From the IMG/VR virus record IMGVR_UViG_3300020190_000031: 25,072 nt of DNA; one strand, written 5' to 3'. The notes below the pieces were generated by a model. That model did not search any database and was not told the DNA's origin. It saw only the letters and a program-made list of their open reading frames with translations. Positions 7,200 through 17,900 of the stretch are shown piece by piece (position 1 is the stretch's first letter; the number at the start of each line of letters is the position of its first letter). Position numbers and translations under genes: made by a program. This DNA comes from an uncultured virus (IMG/VR IMGVR_UViG_3300020190_000031) (Duplodnaviria > Heunggongvirae > Uroviricota > Caudoviricetes).

Positions 7200-7302
7200 A
7201 CCATCCTCTCCGCTTTACAAGAGCGGTACATCGCCACTTAATGCTTTGGGGGCCGACTATATGTCTAGTTTATAGTTAAACTAAATAAAATGCATATTAC
7301 AA

Positions 7303-7581
7303 ATGGATCCCTTGGAAGAATACCAAGAATTTTACCAAAAAGATCCACTATCTTTCAACAAAGGCTTTGCACGCTTTTGTGAACATTTAAATCTGCTGTA
7401 TTCCGATTTTATAGACAGGCATCCAGAAAAATCTTCCTATGCTTATGGCTACAAATTTGCTGCTAGCTCTGCATATACTCATATACAAAACGTAATTAGG
7501 CAAGCATTTTTGGCAGCAAAGCTCGAAGAGCTTGAGCAAAGGAAGATTCGGGAAGATCTTGAACGCTTGTTCAAGATGTGA
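7303..7581 (+). CDS. hypothetical protein
   Basis: 92-aa ATG ORF, probably helical. Confidence 0.6.
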   Translation: MDPLEEYQEFYQKDPLSFNKGFARFCEHLNLLYSDFIDRHPEKSSYAYGYKFAASSAYTHIQNVIRQAFLAAKLEELEQRKIREDLERLFKM

Positions 7582-7592
7582 TAAATTTTAGC

Positions 7593-7901
7593 CTATCCAA
7601 GAAGGATGCGAACCAGTCTCTTACGGGGAGACAATCTTTTTGTCATGATTCGACCAGATGGTTGCAACGAAAGAGCTTCGCGCTTTTCGGGATCGACAAT
7701 GAAAGCGACCTGATTAGCACTAGTAGCTTTCTTCAGAAAGCCCTTGCGATAACACCAGTTCATGGTTCGATGCTGCACATGCCATTCTTCCCTAAGGCTC
7801 AGATACTCACGAGGAGTATTGCCAAAAGAAGTGTAAGCATCAAAACGCTCAAGAAAACGTCGTTGAGCAGGGGTCAGCTTTAGCTGGGACGAGGAAGTCA
7901 T
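7593..7901 (-). CDS. hypothetical protein (possible winged-helix)
   Basis: LKLTPAQRRFLE...KGFL..; has its own sigma70-like promoter. Confidence 0.6.
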   Translation of the reverse strand: MTSSSQLKLTPAQRRFLERFDAYTSFGNTPREYLSLREEWHVQHRTMNWCYRKGFLKKATSANQVAFIVDPEKREALSLQPSGRIMTKRLSPRKRLVRILLG

Positions 7902-7927
7902 GCCTGTTTGTTAGACACTGCACACAT

Positions 7928-7957
7928 AAGCTAACCCAACTGCCAGGAAGGTGTCAA
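7928..7957 (-). promoter_or_regulatory. sigma70-type promoter
   Basis: TTGACA-N18-TAGCTT on the minus strand, 26 nt upstream of ATG 7901. Confidence 0.55.
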
Positions 7958-8046
7958 TCCCAAAGGTTCTTTTAATAAAGCAATAAAATAGATTAAGAAA
8001 ACACGCATTTAAAGAACTTATTGCTAAAGGCTAGGGGGTTTTCTTC

Positions 8047-8055
8047 GGCATTCTA
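8047..8055 (+). promoter_or_regulatory. GGnAnnCTA motif (GGCATTCTA)
   Basis: 19 nt upstream of ATG 8075. Confidence 0.5.
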
Positions 8056-8074
8056 GGTTACTGACTGTGCCGCC

Positions 8075-8257
8075 ATGGCCCTAACTAAGGCAGAGTTAAT
8101 CAGCGAAGCCGCCCTAGATGATGCAATGGGTAATGTCCTAGAGGCCGGGACAAACATCACAATTACCCATAATTCACAGACAGGCAAGGTGATTGTTCGA
8201 GCGCCGAATGTACCGTCTGCGGCTATGGTTATTGCATTGTCCATCGCTCTTTCGTAA
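8075..8257 (+). CDS. small tail-fibre-associated protein
   Basis: MALT start, AGTNITIT fibre repeat, and C-terminal VIALSIALS motif typical of phage fibre ends. Confidence 0.7.
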   Translation: MALTKAELISEAALDDAMGNVLEAGTNITITHNSQTGKVIVRAPNVPSAAMVIALSIALS

Positions 8258-8263
8258 TCTGTC

Positions 8264-11200
8264 ATGGCAAAAGTTAGGATTGCTGATTATCAGGTAAACA
8301 AGGAGAACAACACAATCATTCTGTCTGGCAAGCATAGTCCAGAAAGCATCCTCCTGATTACTAATGTAACGGATGGAATTATCATCTATAATTTTGCTGA
8401 TCCCGCTTTGGGTGCTTCATGTGCCTATACGGAATCTATCAATAAAACATATTTAGTACTTGATTATGATATGTCGGCAATGAGCAATGCCGACAATTAT
8501 CAAATTCTTGTAGATCAGCTTCAAGCATCGGTTGATTTAGTAGAACCATTAATTGATCCAGTTAATAAAATCAGGGTTTCAACTCCGCAAAACTTGATCG
8601 ATACCGATTTTGAATATGGTCTTCAGTCTTCTAAGTGGGAGACATTGGAGCTCGTTAACAATATTCCATCCTTTTATCCGGCTCAGACAAATACAATTCT
8701 CTTGAATGTTGTTTCTGTTTCTGCATTAAATAATTCTAATCTTATTACTGTAATAACTGAATCTGATCATGGTTTGTCTATTGGCACTCCACTGGACATT
8801 AGGGGTCTTAGTTCGCAGACTGCAGAAGGTAAATATCTGATCTTTAGTATTCCCAGTAATACTTCATTCACCTATCAAGCCAAAGCAGTACAAAACAGCA
8901 CTGGAGTAATTTCTGGTTCATATACATCAATTATTCCTGGAGAATTTTATACTTCTAGCAATTTAAATTATAGTATTGATACAGGCATCATCACTGACGA
9001 GCAGGAGCCCTCAGCGCTGACCGTATCGACAGATTATGTTCATGGTTTGAAAAATGATACAAGTGTATATTTAGTAAACTCGGTTGCAAATAGACTTCTT
9101 ACAACAAGCTTTACCAGTTCTGATACAGCACCCGATGGCAGGCCATTTGTAGATTTTGAGGATACTCTTAACCAAGCAGTTAATAGTACCTCTTCATTAA
9201 ATGAAACCAAGGAGATGCAAGGTATATATAGCTATAAATTTAATGCATCAAATGTTGACGTTACAGCAAATCAAATTCTTTGGCCAAATAATAATTTGGT
9301 AGCTGGTGATGCCTTATTATATATACCTCCTGCTGGTGATGCTATAATTGGAGGTTTAACAAAATTCGAGATTTATTACGTCAAATCTGCATCCAGCACA
9401 GCCATTACATTATGTGAAACGACTAATGGTGATTTTACAAATAATGCTGTTATTGATATAACAAGCCCAGGAACTTATAATTTTGGACGTGGAGAGCTGG
9501 TATTGGTGTATGAATTAAGCAGGTTGCGTAGAGGATTTAGTACTTATCAGTGCAATTGTACTTCTGTCTGCCAAGGTGGTTTTTATGGTCCTTGGTGTTT
9601 TGGGGGGTTCGTAACGGTATGTCAAACATGTGTCCAATCAAATGCCACTACCTTCTTAGACACAAGAGCATTCCTTAACGGTGGAGTTGGCTCCGGTAGA
9701 GACTTGATGAATTTCGGCGCTACAAATGCTTTTAATACTGGAACATCTGGCCATTGGGGCTTATCAGGCAAAGAGCCACAATATTACATATTGGCTGGTA
9801 AAACTACTGGGTTACCATCAACGAATGTTTGGGATGGTTTGATTTATTCTTCTTCTTATAATTCTAATTTTACTTTTAATAAAAGCGACCCGGATCCTGA
9901 TGGCTATGATTTTATTGAGGACTGGTCAAGATATCAACATGCTGGCATTCATACTCAATCAACATCATCCAATAGGATGCTGGCCGATACTTCGGGTTTA
10001 TATCAAATTGATAATGTTGGAGCTGGTAATTTTAGTGGCATATATTCCGTACCAGGAGGATATAGCGAAACCTATGCTAATGGAACAAGATTTCTAGTGC
10101 CATTAGAGTTCGACCAAGAACGTGATACTATTTACATTGGCGACCATGGATTAATGGATGGGACTGCGATATCCTTAACAACCAGCTCAGGAACTGCTCC
10201 TGTTGTGCAACAAGCTGCAACAGATGTCAACTCTGTTCCAATATTTAGCACATTAACTAATCCACAGACAATTACAGTATCAGCAGTTACATCCAATAGA
10301 ATTAGAATCAGAGTCAACAATGCTGAAACGCGAGTAAGGACATTAAAAGGAAATTATTCTTTTGCGGCAAGTGTTACCAATCCAACTAGAAATAGTATAT
10401 ATCTTCAGAATCATGGATTTGCGTTAGGACAAACAAGTAGTTTTGCTGCTGGGGCCAATGGCATCTTGCCAACCTTAAGTACAACAACTCCGAAACCAAC
10501 TAAAGACGGCGACCTGGCGGTGGCTATATTTACAGCAACAAACCAAGCAATGTCTGCAATAAGGGGCATTTTGGGCGCAGATGCTGTAAATCTTTATATG
10601 AATGGTACAACTGCTAAGCAGCCATTCATCTCTTCAGATTATACTTTTAATACTGGCACCTACGGATTTAGCTATGGCTTAGATTCAGTAACAGTTAATG
10701 TCCAAAACAATTTCTTTAATTCAACAACTGCCTTGCCCTCTATTAACACTTGGTCTCAAGGCCAAGCATATAACTATCTTGCATCTACTTCATTATATAA
10801 TAAGGGCTATAATTTAGTGCAAACCCCATTTTCTCAGGCACAAGAGACACCCTTTTTTGTAACAGTTTTCGAAATACCTGATCCAAATAATGTTGGTGGA
10901 TTGTATAGCGAAGTCTACGGTAACTTTATTACCTCTGTCAATAACATGCCATATGCAGGTCAGCGCACAAATAATGGCAATGGAACTAGCAGTTTTATTT
11001 CTTTGGCTAATGGATGGCGGTATACGTTTGATGGCGCATATTATAGACCCGCAACAACAGCAAATGGTCGCCACGGATTCTTTCAACTTTCAATGATTAT
11101 TGATAATTCAGGTTATGATGGTTATGTGCCAACATATTCTACTAATATTGTAGACCAGGGGGCACTGGGGCACACAATTAGCGGTTTTGGTGGTGAGCGA

Positions 11201-14023
11201 TATCAAATTCATGTATTAATACCAATCAAAGCTGGCTCTGATATTAACGGCACTGATTATGGTTTGACTTCTGGCTCTAAAGCTCACATTGATTTAATTG
11301 CTTCAACGATAGCATCTGTGATTTCAACTAACCTTGCCGCTGCTGCCTATAGCGGAGCATCTACAATCGTTAAAATAAAACCAATTGATTCCAACAGATT
11401 TACGATAGTAAACACCAATAATATTCCTTATAACTTCACGAATTCCGGCACGTCCCCATTCATGGTGGACCTTGGCGTGTCACTGGGTGCGCTTGATGGG
11501 GCCTACACCATAGTCAATTCAAATAATTATACCTTTAAATTAAATGCACCATATAAAGTGCCCAAAAGGCCAATGATTTTTGCTAATAGCGAGGTATCTA
11601 AGACCAATAATATCACATATTTTAAGATCCTTGATCACAAACTTGATTTTGGTCAAGCAATCTTATTTACAGTCGCTTCCGGTTCATTCACCGGTCTTAC
11701 TAATAATACAACATATTTTGCGATACCGCGTGATAAAAATTATATCTCAATTGCTACAACAAGAGCGAATGCCTTACTTGGTGTATCTGAGAATCCAAAC
11801 GTACCTGGTAGCGGAAGTTTTTCTTTCGAAACTAATTCAATAAATGGCTTAACGGCTGGACCTGGCTTAGTTAATATTACATCTGGTTCTAAGGTCGTAA
11901 CCGGTAACACTGGTGTTCTATTTAAGCAATATTTTAAATCTGGTGATAAATTATTTGTTAATGATAATTCTACAACGCCAGGTAAAATTTATACCTTAGA
12001 GATCGCTTCTATTGTCTCTGATACAAAGTTAAATCTTATTGCACAAGCGCCTTTTACCTCAGTATCAACTGATTATTTTATTCGCACAGCAGTGTATCTC
12101 AGGCCTGATGGCGCATACCAACATCGCCCATTTGACGGTGGTGTTGAGATTACCTGTGGTAAATCTCCAAATTCTAAGATCATACGACAAACAAGAAAGT
12201 ATTTTAGATACCAGTCGGGTAAGGGCATCCAATGCTCAAAGGCTATTAATTTCAATCCCTCTAGATTATTCAAAACTGTTGAATCTGCCGGCACAACCGC
12301 TACTGTAACCACGTTCTACCCACATGGCTTTAAATCAAATGATCAAGTTAACATTTTTAATTCCACAGATCCTGTTTACAACGGACAATTTAACGTAACA
12401 AAGGTTGATGAGTTCACTTTAACCTATACGTTGCCATCGACGCCCTCGACTTCAAAGCCAAGCGGTACAATTGAATATTCGCCTGTCGGCTGGACCAATT
12501 CTGCTATTCGTTGTGGTATGTTTGACGACCAAAACGGATTTTTCTATGAGTATAATGGTCAAACACTATTTGCCGTTAGAAGATCTTCCGTTCAGCAATT
12601 ATCGGGAACATGTAATGTAACTTATAATAGCAATATTATAACGGGTACGAATACCAATTTCACTGGGCAATTGAGTGCCGGTGATTACATTGTTGTTCGG
12701 GGACAAAGCTATAAGGTTACGGCAGTTGAAAATGCAACCTCACTACATATTCAACCAACTTATAAGGGCACTAGCCAAGCCGCGATAACAATAACTAAGA
12801 CTATAGATACTAAGGTTCCACAATCCAATTTCAGCATTGACAAGGCTGACGGGGAGGGTGCAAGCGGGTTTAATCTTGATCTTACAAAGATCCAAATGGC
12901 TTACATGGATTATTCCTGGTATGGCGCCGGTAAGATTAGATTTGGTTTCAAGGATGACCGTGGAAGAGTTAATTATTTCCATGAATTTATTCATAACAAT
13001 AAGAGTCTTGAATCCTACATGAGATCTGGTAACTTACCAGCTAGATATGAAATTGAAAATCAAAACGCACCATCTTACGTTCCAAGCCTTTTCCATTGGG
13101 GTACATCTATTATTATGGATGGTCGTTTTGATGATGACAAGGCTTATCTGTTTACGGCATCAGGGAAAAATCTAATCTATACGACTGGTGTGCCGATATC
13201 AGCAACAACCAACGCTGGTTCAGCATTGTTGAACTTTAGTATTCAAGGTAGCAGACTTCGTGATTATTATGTGAGGATTCCATTTTCTACTGCTGATGCG
13301 GCTAAGTTTAGATCAGGAATTCCCTTATATGGCACAGGTCTTAATGGGCAATTAATTAATTATACAGATTATTCAGGTGGTGCTTTCAATGTGTATATAT
13401 ATATTGGTCGATTTAGCAGCCCTCCCAGCTCTGCTGCATATCCAATAGTCGCTAGCGGCACAGTAGTTTCAATCGGTGCTCCTTCGGGGGGCTCAAGCAT
13501 CGATTTAAATTTACTGAAGGAGTTTGTTCCTATTGTCAGCATCCGTCTTGCTCCTTCTGTTGACAGCAATCTCAGTGGCGCTCTTGGTGAAAGAGACATC
13601 ATAAATCGCATGCAATTACAACTAAAACAACTGGGTCTTACTCTAAGCCATGATTGCAACATTCAATTAATTCTGAATGGTTCTTTAAGTACAACCAACT
13701 ACCAAACCGTTCAATCTCCGTCCCTGTCCCAACTAATTGAGCACGACAAAGGTGATACTATTGTTGGCGGTATTCCTCTATTTAGCTTTGCAGCATCTGG
13801 AGGTAATGAGGATGGTAGTGGGAAGAGACTGTCAAACACTATTGACTTTGATCTCAAGGACATTACTGACCTTGGCAACTGCATCCTTGGCGGCGATGGG
13901 GTGTTCCCGAACGGGCCAGACCTGTTGACAATTGCCGCTAAAGTGGTTGATACGGCTGAAGTGACAATTGCGGCACCGTTTAAGATCACTGGCCGTTTGA
14001 CTTGGACTGAATCGCAAGCCTAA
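8264..14023 (+). CDS. large virion structural (tail/baseplate-associated) protein, 1919 aa
   Basis: T/S/N/G-rich beta repeats. Motifs LLITNVT..IIYNFADP, RVSTPQNLIDTDFEYGLQ..KWE, IRQTRKYFRYQSGKG, YSWYGAG, MRSGNLPARYE, IRLAPSV, PNGPD and WTESQA recall large cyanophage structural proteins. Confidence 0.8.
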   Translation: MAKVRIADYQVNKENNTIILSGKHSPESILLITNVTDGIIIYNFADPALGASCAYTESINKTYLVLDYDMSAMSNADNYQILVDQLQASVDLVEPLIDPVNKIRVSTPQNLIDTDFEYGLQSSKWETLELVNNIPSFYPAQTNTILLNVVSVSALNNSNLITVITESDHGLSIGTPLDIRGLSSQTAEGKYLIFSIPSNTSFTYQAKAVQNSTGVISGSYTSIIPGEFYTSSNLNYSIDTGIITDEQEPSALTVSTDYVHGLKNDTSVYLVNSVANRLLTTSFTSSDTAPDGRPFVDFEDTLNQAVNSTSSLNETKEMQGIYSYKFNASNVDVTANQILWPNNNLVAGDALLYIPPAGDAIIGGLTKFEIYYVKSASSTAITLCETTNGDFTNNAVIDITSPGTYNFGRGELVLVYELSRLRRGFSTYQCNCTSVCQGGFYGPWCFGGFVTVCQTCVQSNATTFLDTRAFLNGGVGSGRDLMNFGATNAFNTGTSGHWGLSGKEPQYYILAGKTTGLPSTNVWDGLIYSSSYNSNFTFNKSDPDPDGYDFIEDWSRYQHAGIHTQSTSSNRMLADTSGLYQIDNVGAGNFSGIYSVPGGYSETYANGTRFLVPLEFDQERDTIYIGDHGLMDGTAISLTTSSGTAPVVQQAATDVNSVPIFSTLTNPQTITVSAVTSNRIRIRVNNAETRVRTLKGNYSFAASVTNPTRNSIYLQNHGFALGQTSSFAAGANGILPTLSTTTPKPTKDGDLAVAIFTATNQAMSAIRGILGADAVNLYMNGTTAKQPFISSDYTFNTGTYGFSYGLDSVTVNVQNNFFNSTTALPSINTWSQGQAYNYLASTSLYNKGYNLVQTPFSQAQETPFFVTVFEIPDPNNVGGLYSEVYGNFITSVNNMPYAGQRTNNGNGTSSFISLANGWRYTFDGAYYRPATTANGRHGFFQLSMIIDNSGYDGYVPTYSTNIVDQGALGHTISGFGGERYQIHVLIPIKAGSDINGTDYGLTSGSKAHIDLIASTIASVISTNLAAAAYSGASTIVKIKPIDSNRFTIVNTNNIPYNFTNSGTSPFMVDLGVSLGALDGAYTIVNSNNYTFKLNAPYKVPKRPMIFANSEVSKTNNITYFKILDHKLDFGQAILFTVASGSFTGLTNNTTYFAIPRDKNYISIATTRANALLGVSENPNVPGSGSFSFETNSINGLTAGPGLVNITSGSKVVTGNTGVLFKQYFKSGDKLFVNDNSTTPGKIYTLEIASIVSDTKLNLIAQAPFTSVSTDYFIRTAVYLRPDGAYQHRPFDGGVEITCGKSPNSKIIRQTRKYFRYQSGKGIQCSKAINFNPSRLFKTVESAGTTATVTTFYPHGFKSNDQVNIFNSTDPVYNGQFNVTKVDEFTLTYTLPSTPSTSKPSGTIEYSPVGWTNSAIRCGMFDDQNGFFYEYNGQTLFAVRRSSVQQLSGTCNVTYNSNIITGTNTNFTGQLSAGDYIVVRGQSYKVTAVENATSLHIQPTYKGTSQAAITITKTIDTKVPQSNFSIDKADGEGASGFNLDLTKIQMAYMDYSWYGAGKIRFGFKDDRGRVNYFHEFIHNNKSLESYMRSGNLPARYEIENQNAPSYVPSLFHWGTSIIMDGRFDDDKAYLFTASGKNLIYTTGVPISATTNAGSALLNFSIQGSRLRDYYVRIPFSTADAAKFRSGIPLYGTGLNGQLINYTDYSGGAFNVYIYIGRFSSPPSSAAYPIVASGTVVSIGAPSGGSSIDLNLLKEFVPIVSIRLAPSVDSNLSGALGERDIINRMQLQLKQLGLTLSHDCNIQLILNGSLSTTNYQTVQSPSLSQLIEHDKGDTIVGGIPLFSFAASGGNEDGSGKRLSNTIDFDLKDITDLGNCILGGDGVFPNGPDLLTIAAKVVDTAEVTIAAPFKITGRLTWTESQA

Positions 14024-14112
14024 TAAACAGGTAAGCTTCATCGCATATTATAAGACCTAAAGCTATTTATTTACCTTGGTGAGGTCAAGGACCATTTAAA
14101 TTTTATTTTTCT

Positions 14113-14121
14113 GGAAATCTA
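14113..14121 (+). promoter_or_regulatory. GGnAnnCTA motif (GGAAATCTA)
   Basis: 18 nt upstream of ATG 14140. Confidence 0.5.
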
Positions 14122-14139
14122 ATCTAGCCTCAGCAGATC

Positions 14140-14325
14140 ATGGCCCTCACACAAGTATCTACTGGTGGTATTAAAGATGGCACAATAGTTGATGCTGACA
14201 TCAACGCCTCAGCGGCCATTGCTGCATCTAAATTGGACCTTCCAGGAAACTTAGCAGGAAACTTAGATTATGGACTAATAAGTGGTTCTGTAACCGGTAC
14301 CTTAGATTACGGGAGTCTGACCTGA
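14140..14325 (+). CDS. small tail-fibre-associated protein
   Basis: MALTQV..GIKDGTIVDADINASAAIAASKL fibre repeat, two LDYG motifs; TGATG overlap with the next gene. Confidence 0.75.
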   Translation: MALTQVSTGGIKDGTIVDADINASAAIAASKLDLPGNLAGNLDYGLISGSVTGTLDYGSLT

Positions 14326-14900
14326 TGGCACAACAAGTACAACTTCGTCGTGGTTCGACTGCAGAACACTCTACTTTTACCGGTGCTGTCGGTGAAATAA
14401 CGGTTGACACTACAAAGGATACGGTAGTTGTCCATGATGGAGCATTAGCGGGTGGTTATCCGTTAGCAAAAGAATCAGCACTATCGGGCTTTGTGACCAC
14501 TAGCGACATCGGAAGCACTGTGCAAGCCTATGATGTAGATACTGCTAAGACTGATGTAACGCAAACTTTTACTGCCGGCCAACGCGGTGAGGTGACGGCG
14601 CTGACGAGTGCCAGCAGTATAACGATTGATATGGCAGATAGTAATAACTTTAGTTTGTTGCTGGCCCATAACGTGACATTGGCAAACCCGACTAACCTCA
14701 CGGCAGGGCAATCTGGTGCGATTGTGATAACACAAAGTAGTGGAGGCAGTAATACGGTAAGTTATGGAAGCTACTTCAAGTTTCCGGGTGGCACGGTGCC
14801 AACGAAAACCACCACGGCCAACAGTGTTTGCGTGTTGCTGTATTACGTGGAGAGCGCAACTAGGATCACGGCACAACTGCTCAACGACGTGAAGGTTTGA
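14325..14900 (+). CDS. tail fibre protein with Mtd_N (major tropism determinant N-terminal-like) domain
   Basis: QVQLRRGSTAEHSTFTGAVGEITVDTTKDTVVVHDG..AGGYPLA; C-terminal TLANPTN..AGQSG.I...YFKFPGGT.P fibre-end domain. Confidence 0.8.
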   Translation: MAQQVQLRRGSTAEHSTFTGAVGEITVDTTKDTVVVHDGALAGGYPLAKESALSGFVTTSDIGSTVQAYDVDTAKTDVTQTFTAGQRGEVTALTSASSITIDMADSNNFSLLLAHNVTLANPTNLTAGQSGAIVITQSSGGSNTVSYGSYFKFPGGTVPTKTTTANSVCVLLYYVESATRITAQLLNDVKV

Positions 14901-14903
14901 TCG

Positions 14904-17900
14904 ATGGGAGTACCTGGAAGCGCAAACGCTCTGCTGCTTGCATCTACAGCCGCTGGTGGATATACCATTTCACGTTCCCTGCGCTTCAACAGTAGTGACA
15001 GTGCCTTCTTGTCTAGAGTTTTTGGTAGCCCGACAAACCAAATCAAGTTTACGTTCTCTGTTTGGGTAAAACGTAGCACCCTTGGCGGGAATCAGCAGTT
15101 ATTTCAAGGAGGAGCCTCGGATTATTCGGACAGTTCAATTTACTTTGAATCAGACAATACTCTTGCTTTTAGGGTATACAATGGATCTAATGCGGAAATT
15201 GGTGCGTTAAAAACAAGTCAAGTTTTTCGGGATACTGGAGCCTGGTTTCATGTGCTCGCTGTGTATGACTCTGCAAATGCAACAGCAGCGGACAGGATGC
15301 AGTTATATGTAAATGGGTACAGAATAACCACATTTACAACGCAAACAAATCCTTCTCAAAATGCTATTGCGTACAGCCTAAATACAAACGGTGTAACGCA
15401 TTACATTGGGTCTTATCGCGGCACGAGCAACTATTTCTCCGGCTACCTAGCCGACATCCACTTCATCGACGGCCAAGCCCTAACTCCCAGCAGCTTCGGG
15501 GAGTACGACACCAACAACGTCTGGCAGCCCAAGGCATACAGCGGTGGCAGCTACGGAACGAATGGTTTCCACCTCGACTTTGCCGACAATAGTGCAGCAA
15601 CCGCCACCACACTAGGGAAGGACACTTCTGGCAACAGCAATAACTGGACGCCGAACAATTTGAGCGTCACTCAAGGCACTGGTAACTGGAGCACGCAGAT
15701 TACGTCCAGCAGCGGATTTAACGCTAGCTTTCCTCCTCTCAACGGTTTTGATGGTGACACCAGCAGTTACTGCCAAGCCGTAAGTGACGGCTCAACGCTG
15801 ACTTTTTCGCCTTCGCCAGGCATTGCTTATACAAGTTCAATCAAGATATTGATGCCTGCTGCCGGTGCTACAGCATCAGTAAACGGTGGCAGCGCGGTTT
15901 CTGTTGGCAATAATGTTGAGACAACTATTGCATCAGGCTCCGGCACACTGACCTCATTGATACTGACTGCTAGTAATAAGCCGGGATTCCAGTACATCAA
16001 GATTGACGATAATCTCTTGCTGGATTATCGAGCTGTTGCTGCAGGCAACGACAGCCTCGTAGACTCCCCCACTAATGGCACCGCCAGCAGTGGAGGGGAC
16101 GCTGGTGGCGTCACGGTGGGAAATTATTGCACATTTAATCCCTTAGATACGGAATCTGGATGTACGCTTTCCAATGGAAATCTTGAAGTAAGTACAAACG
16201 GTGGAAGAGTAGCTGTTGCTTCGTTTGGTATTCCAACTTCAGGCAAATGGTACTGGGAAGGAACCTTTCTTGGCGGAACAGGTACAGACGGATGGATTGG
16301 CGCAATACCTGTTGCAAACAGAAGTGATGGCAGCGGACGTTTTTACAGAACAAACGGCCAGCAACTTTCAGGTGCTTCTTGGACGGCTTACGGTGCTTCC
16401 TACGGGCAAAATGATGTAATTGGCGTTGCGCTAGATCAAGACAATAACACAATTACTTTTTACAAGAATAATACTTCTCAGGGTGCTCAAACTTCTGTGC
16501 CGTTACGAGAGCGTTTTGCTGCTTGCAACAATGATGGGGCTACTGGCTGGGCGTTCAACTTCGGCCAACGCCCCTTCGCCTACACCGCCCCCAGCGGCTA
16601 CAAAGCACTCTGCACGGCCAACCTGCCGACGCCGACGATTGCCAACGGTGCCACGGCGATGGACGTAAAGCTCTACACCGGCAATGGTTCAACACAGACC
16701 ATTAGTGGGCTGAACTTCTCGCCTGACTTTATTTGGTTGAAATCTAGAAGTTCTGGTTCCTATAGCCACAATATTTATGACATTGTGCGTGGAGCGACAA
16801 AAATTATTTATAGCGACAGCGGTTCAGCAGAAAATACAGATGCTAGTGGCCTGACTGCTTTCAACTCTGATGGTTTTAGCCTTGGAAGCACCGCTGCTAC
16901 TAACGCAAGTAGTACAACTTATGTCGGCTGGTGCTGGGACGCCGGCGCCAACAGCAGCAAGACCTACACCGTCACCGTTGTTAGCGGTGCGTTTTACATC
17001 GACGGCAAACAGCAACCCACGCTGAACCTAGAAGAAGGCAGCACGTACACCTTTGACCTATCTGCTGCGTCTAACTCTGGGCATCCATTCCGGCTATCAG
17101 AATCAGCCAATGGACCGACGCAATACACAACAGGTGTGACGACTAGCGGTACTGCCGGCAATGCTGGCGCTACTTTGACAATCGCCGTTGCATCAGGCGC
17201 ACCCACGCTGTACTACTTCTGCACCAACCACAGTGGGATGGGCGGGCAGATCAATACGAACACCACCGCAGGCGCGTCCAACTTCGCAGGCAGCATCACT
17301 TCTCAGGTGAGGGCTAATGCTAGTGCGGGGTTCTCGATTGTTACTTATACAGGGAATGGATCTAATTCCACGGTTGGGCATGGGCTAGGTGTCGCCCCAC
17401 GTTTAATCATCATCAAAAATCGAAGTGTTTCGCAGAACTGGTTGGTGGGGCATTTTGCTTTATCAAACATGAATAACGGTTATTTGTTCCTTAATTCCAC
17501 CGGAGCGTTGACGACAGGACGTTCTGATATTTGGAACGATACCAATCCAACTTCTACCGTTTTCAGTCTTGGGACCGACTCTATTGGAAATGGCAATGGC
17601 AATAATCACGTTGCCTACTGCTTCGCCCCAGTAGCCGGCTACTCTAGCTTTGGCAGCTACACCGGCAACGGCAGCGCAGATGGTCCGTTCGTGTTCACCG
17701 GGTTTAGGCCGAGGTGGGTAATGATCAAGCGTACTGATGCGGCTTTTGGCTGGTATATGTATGACACTGCCCGTGATACTTACAACATCGTAGGCAAAGA
17801 AATTTTGGCAAACGAATCTAGCGCAGAAGTTAGTGACAGCGATCTTGATATTTTGTCCAATGGATTTAAGCCACGTCGTTCCTCAAATGCGTTTAATGCG

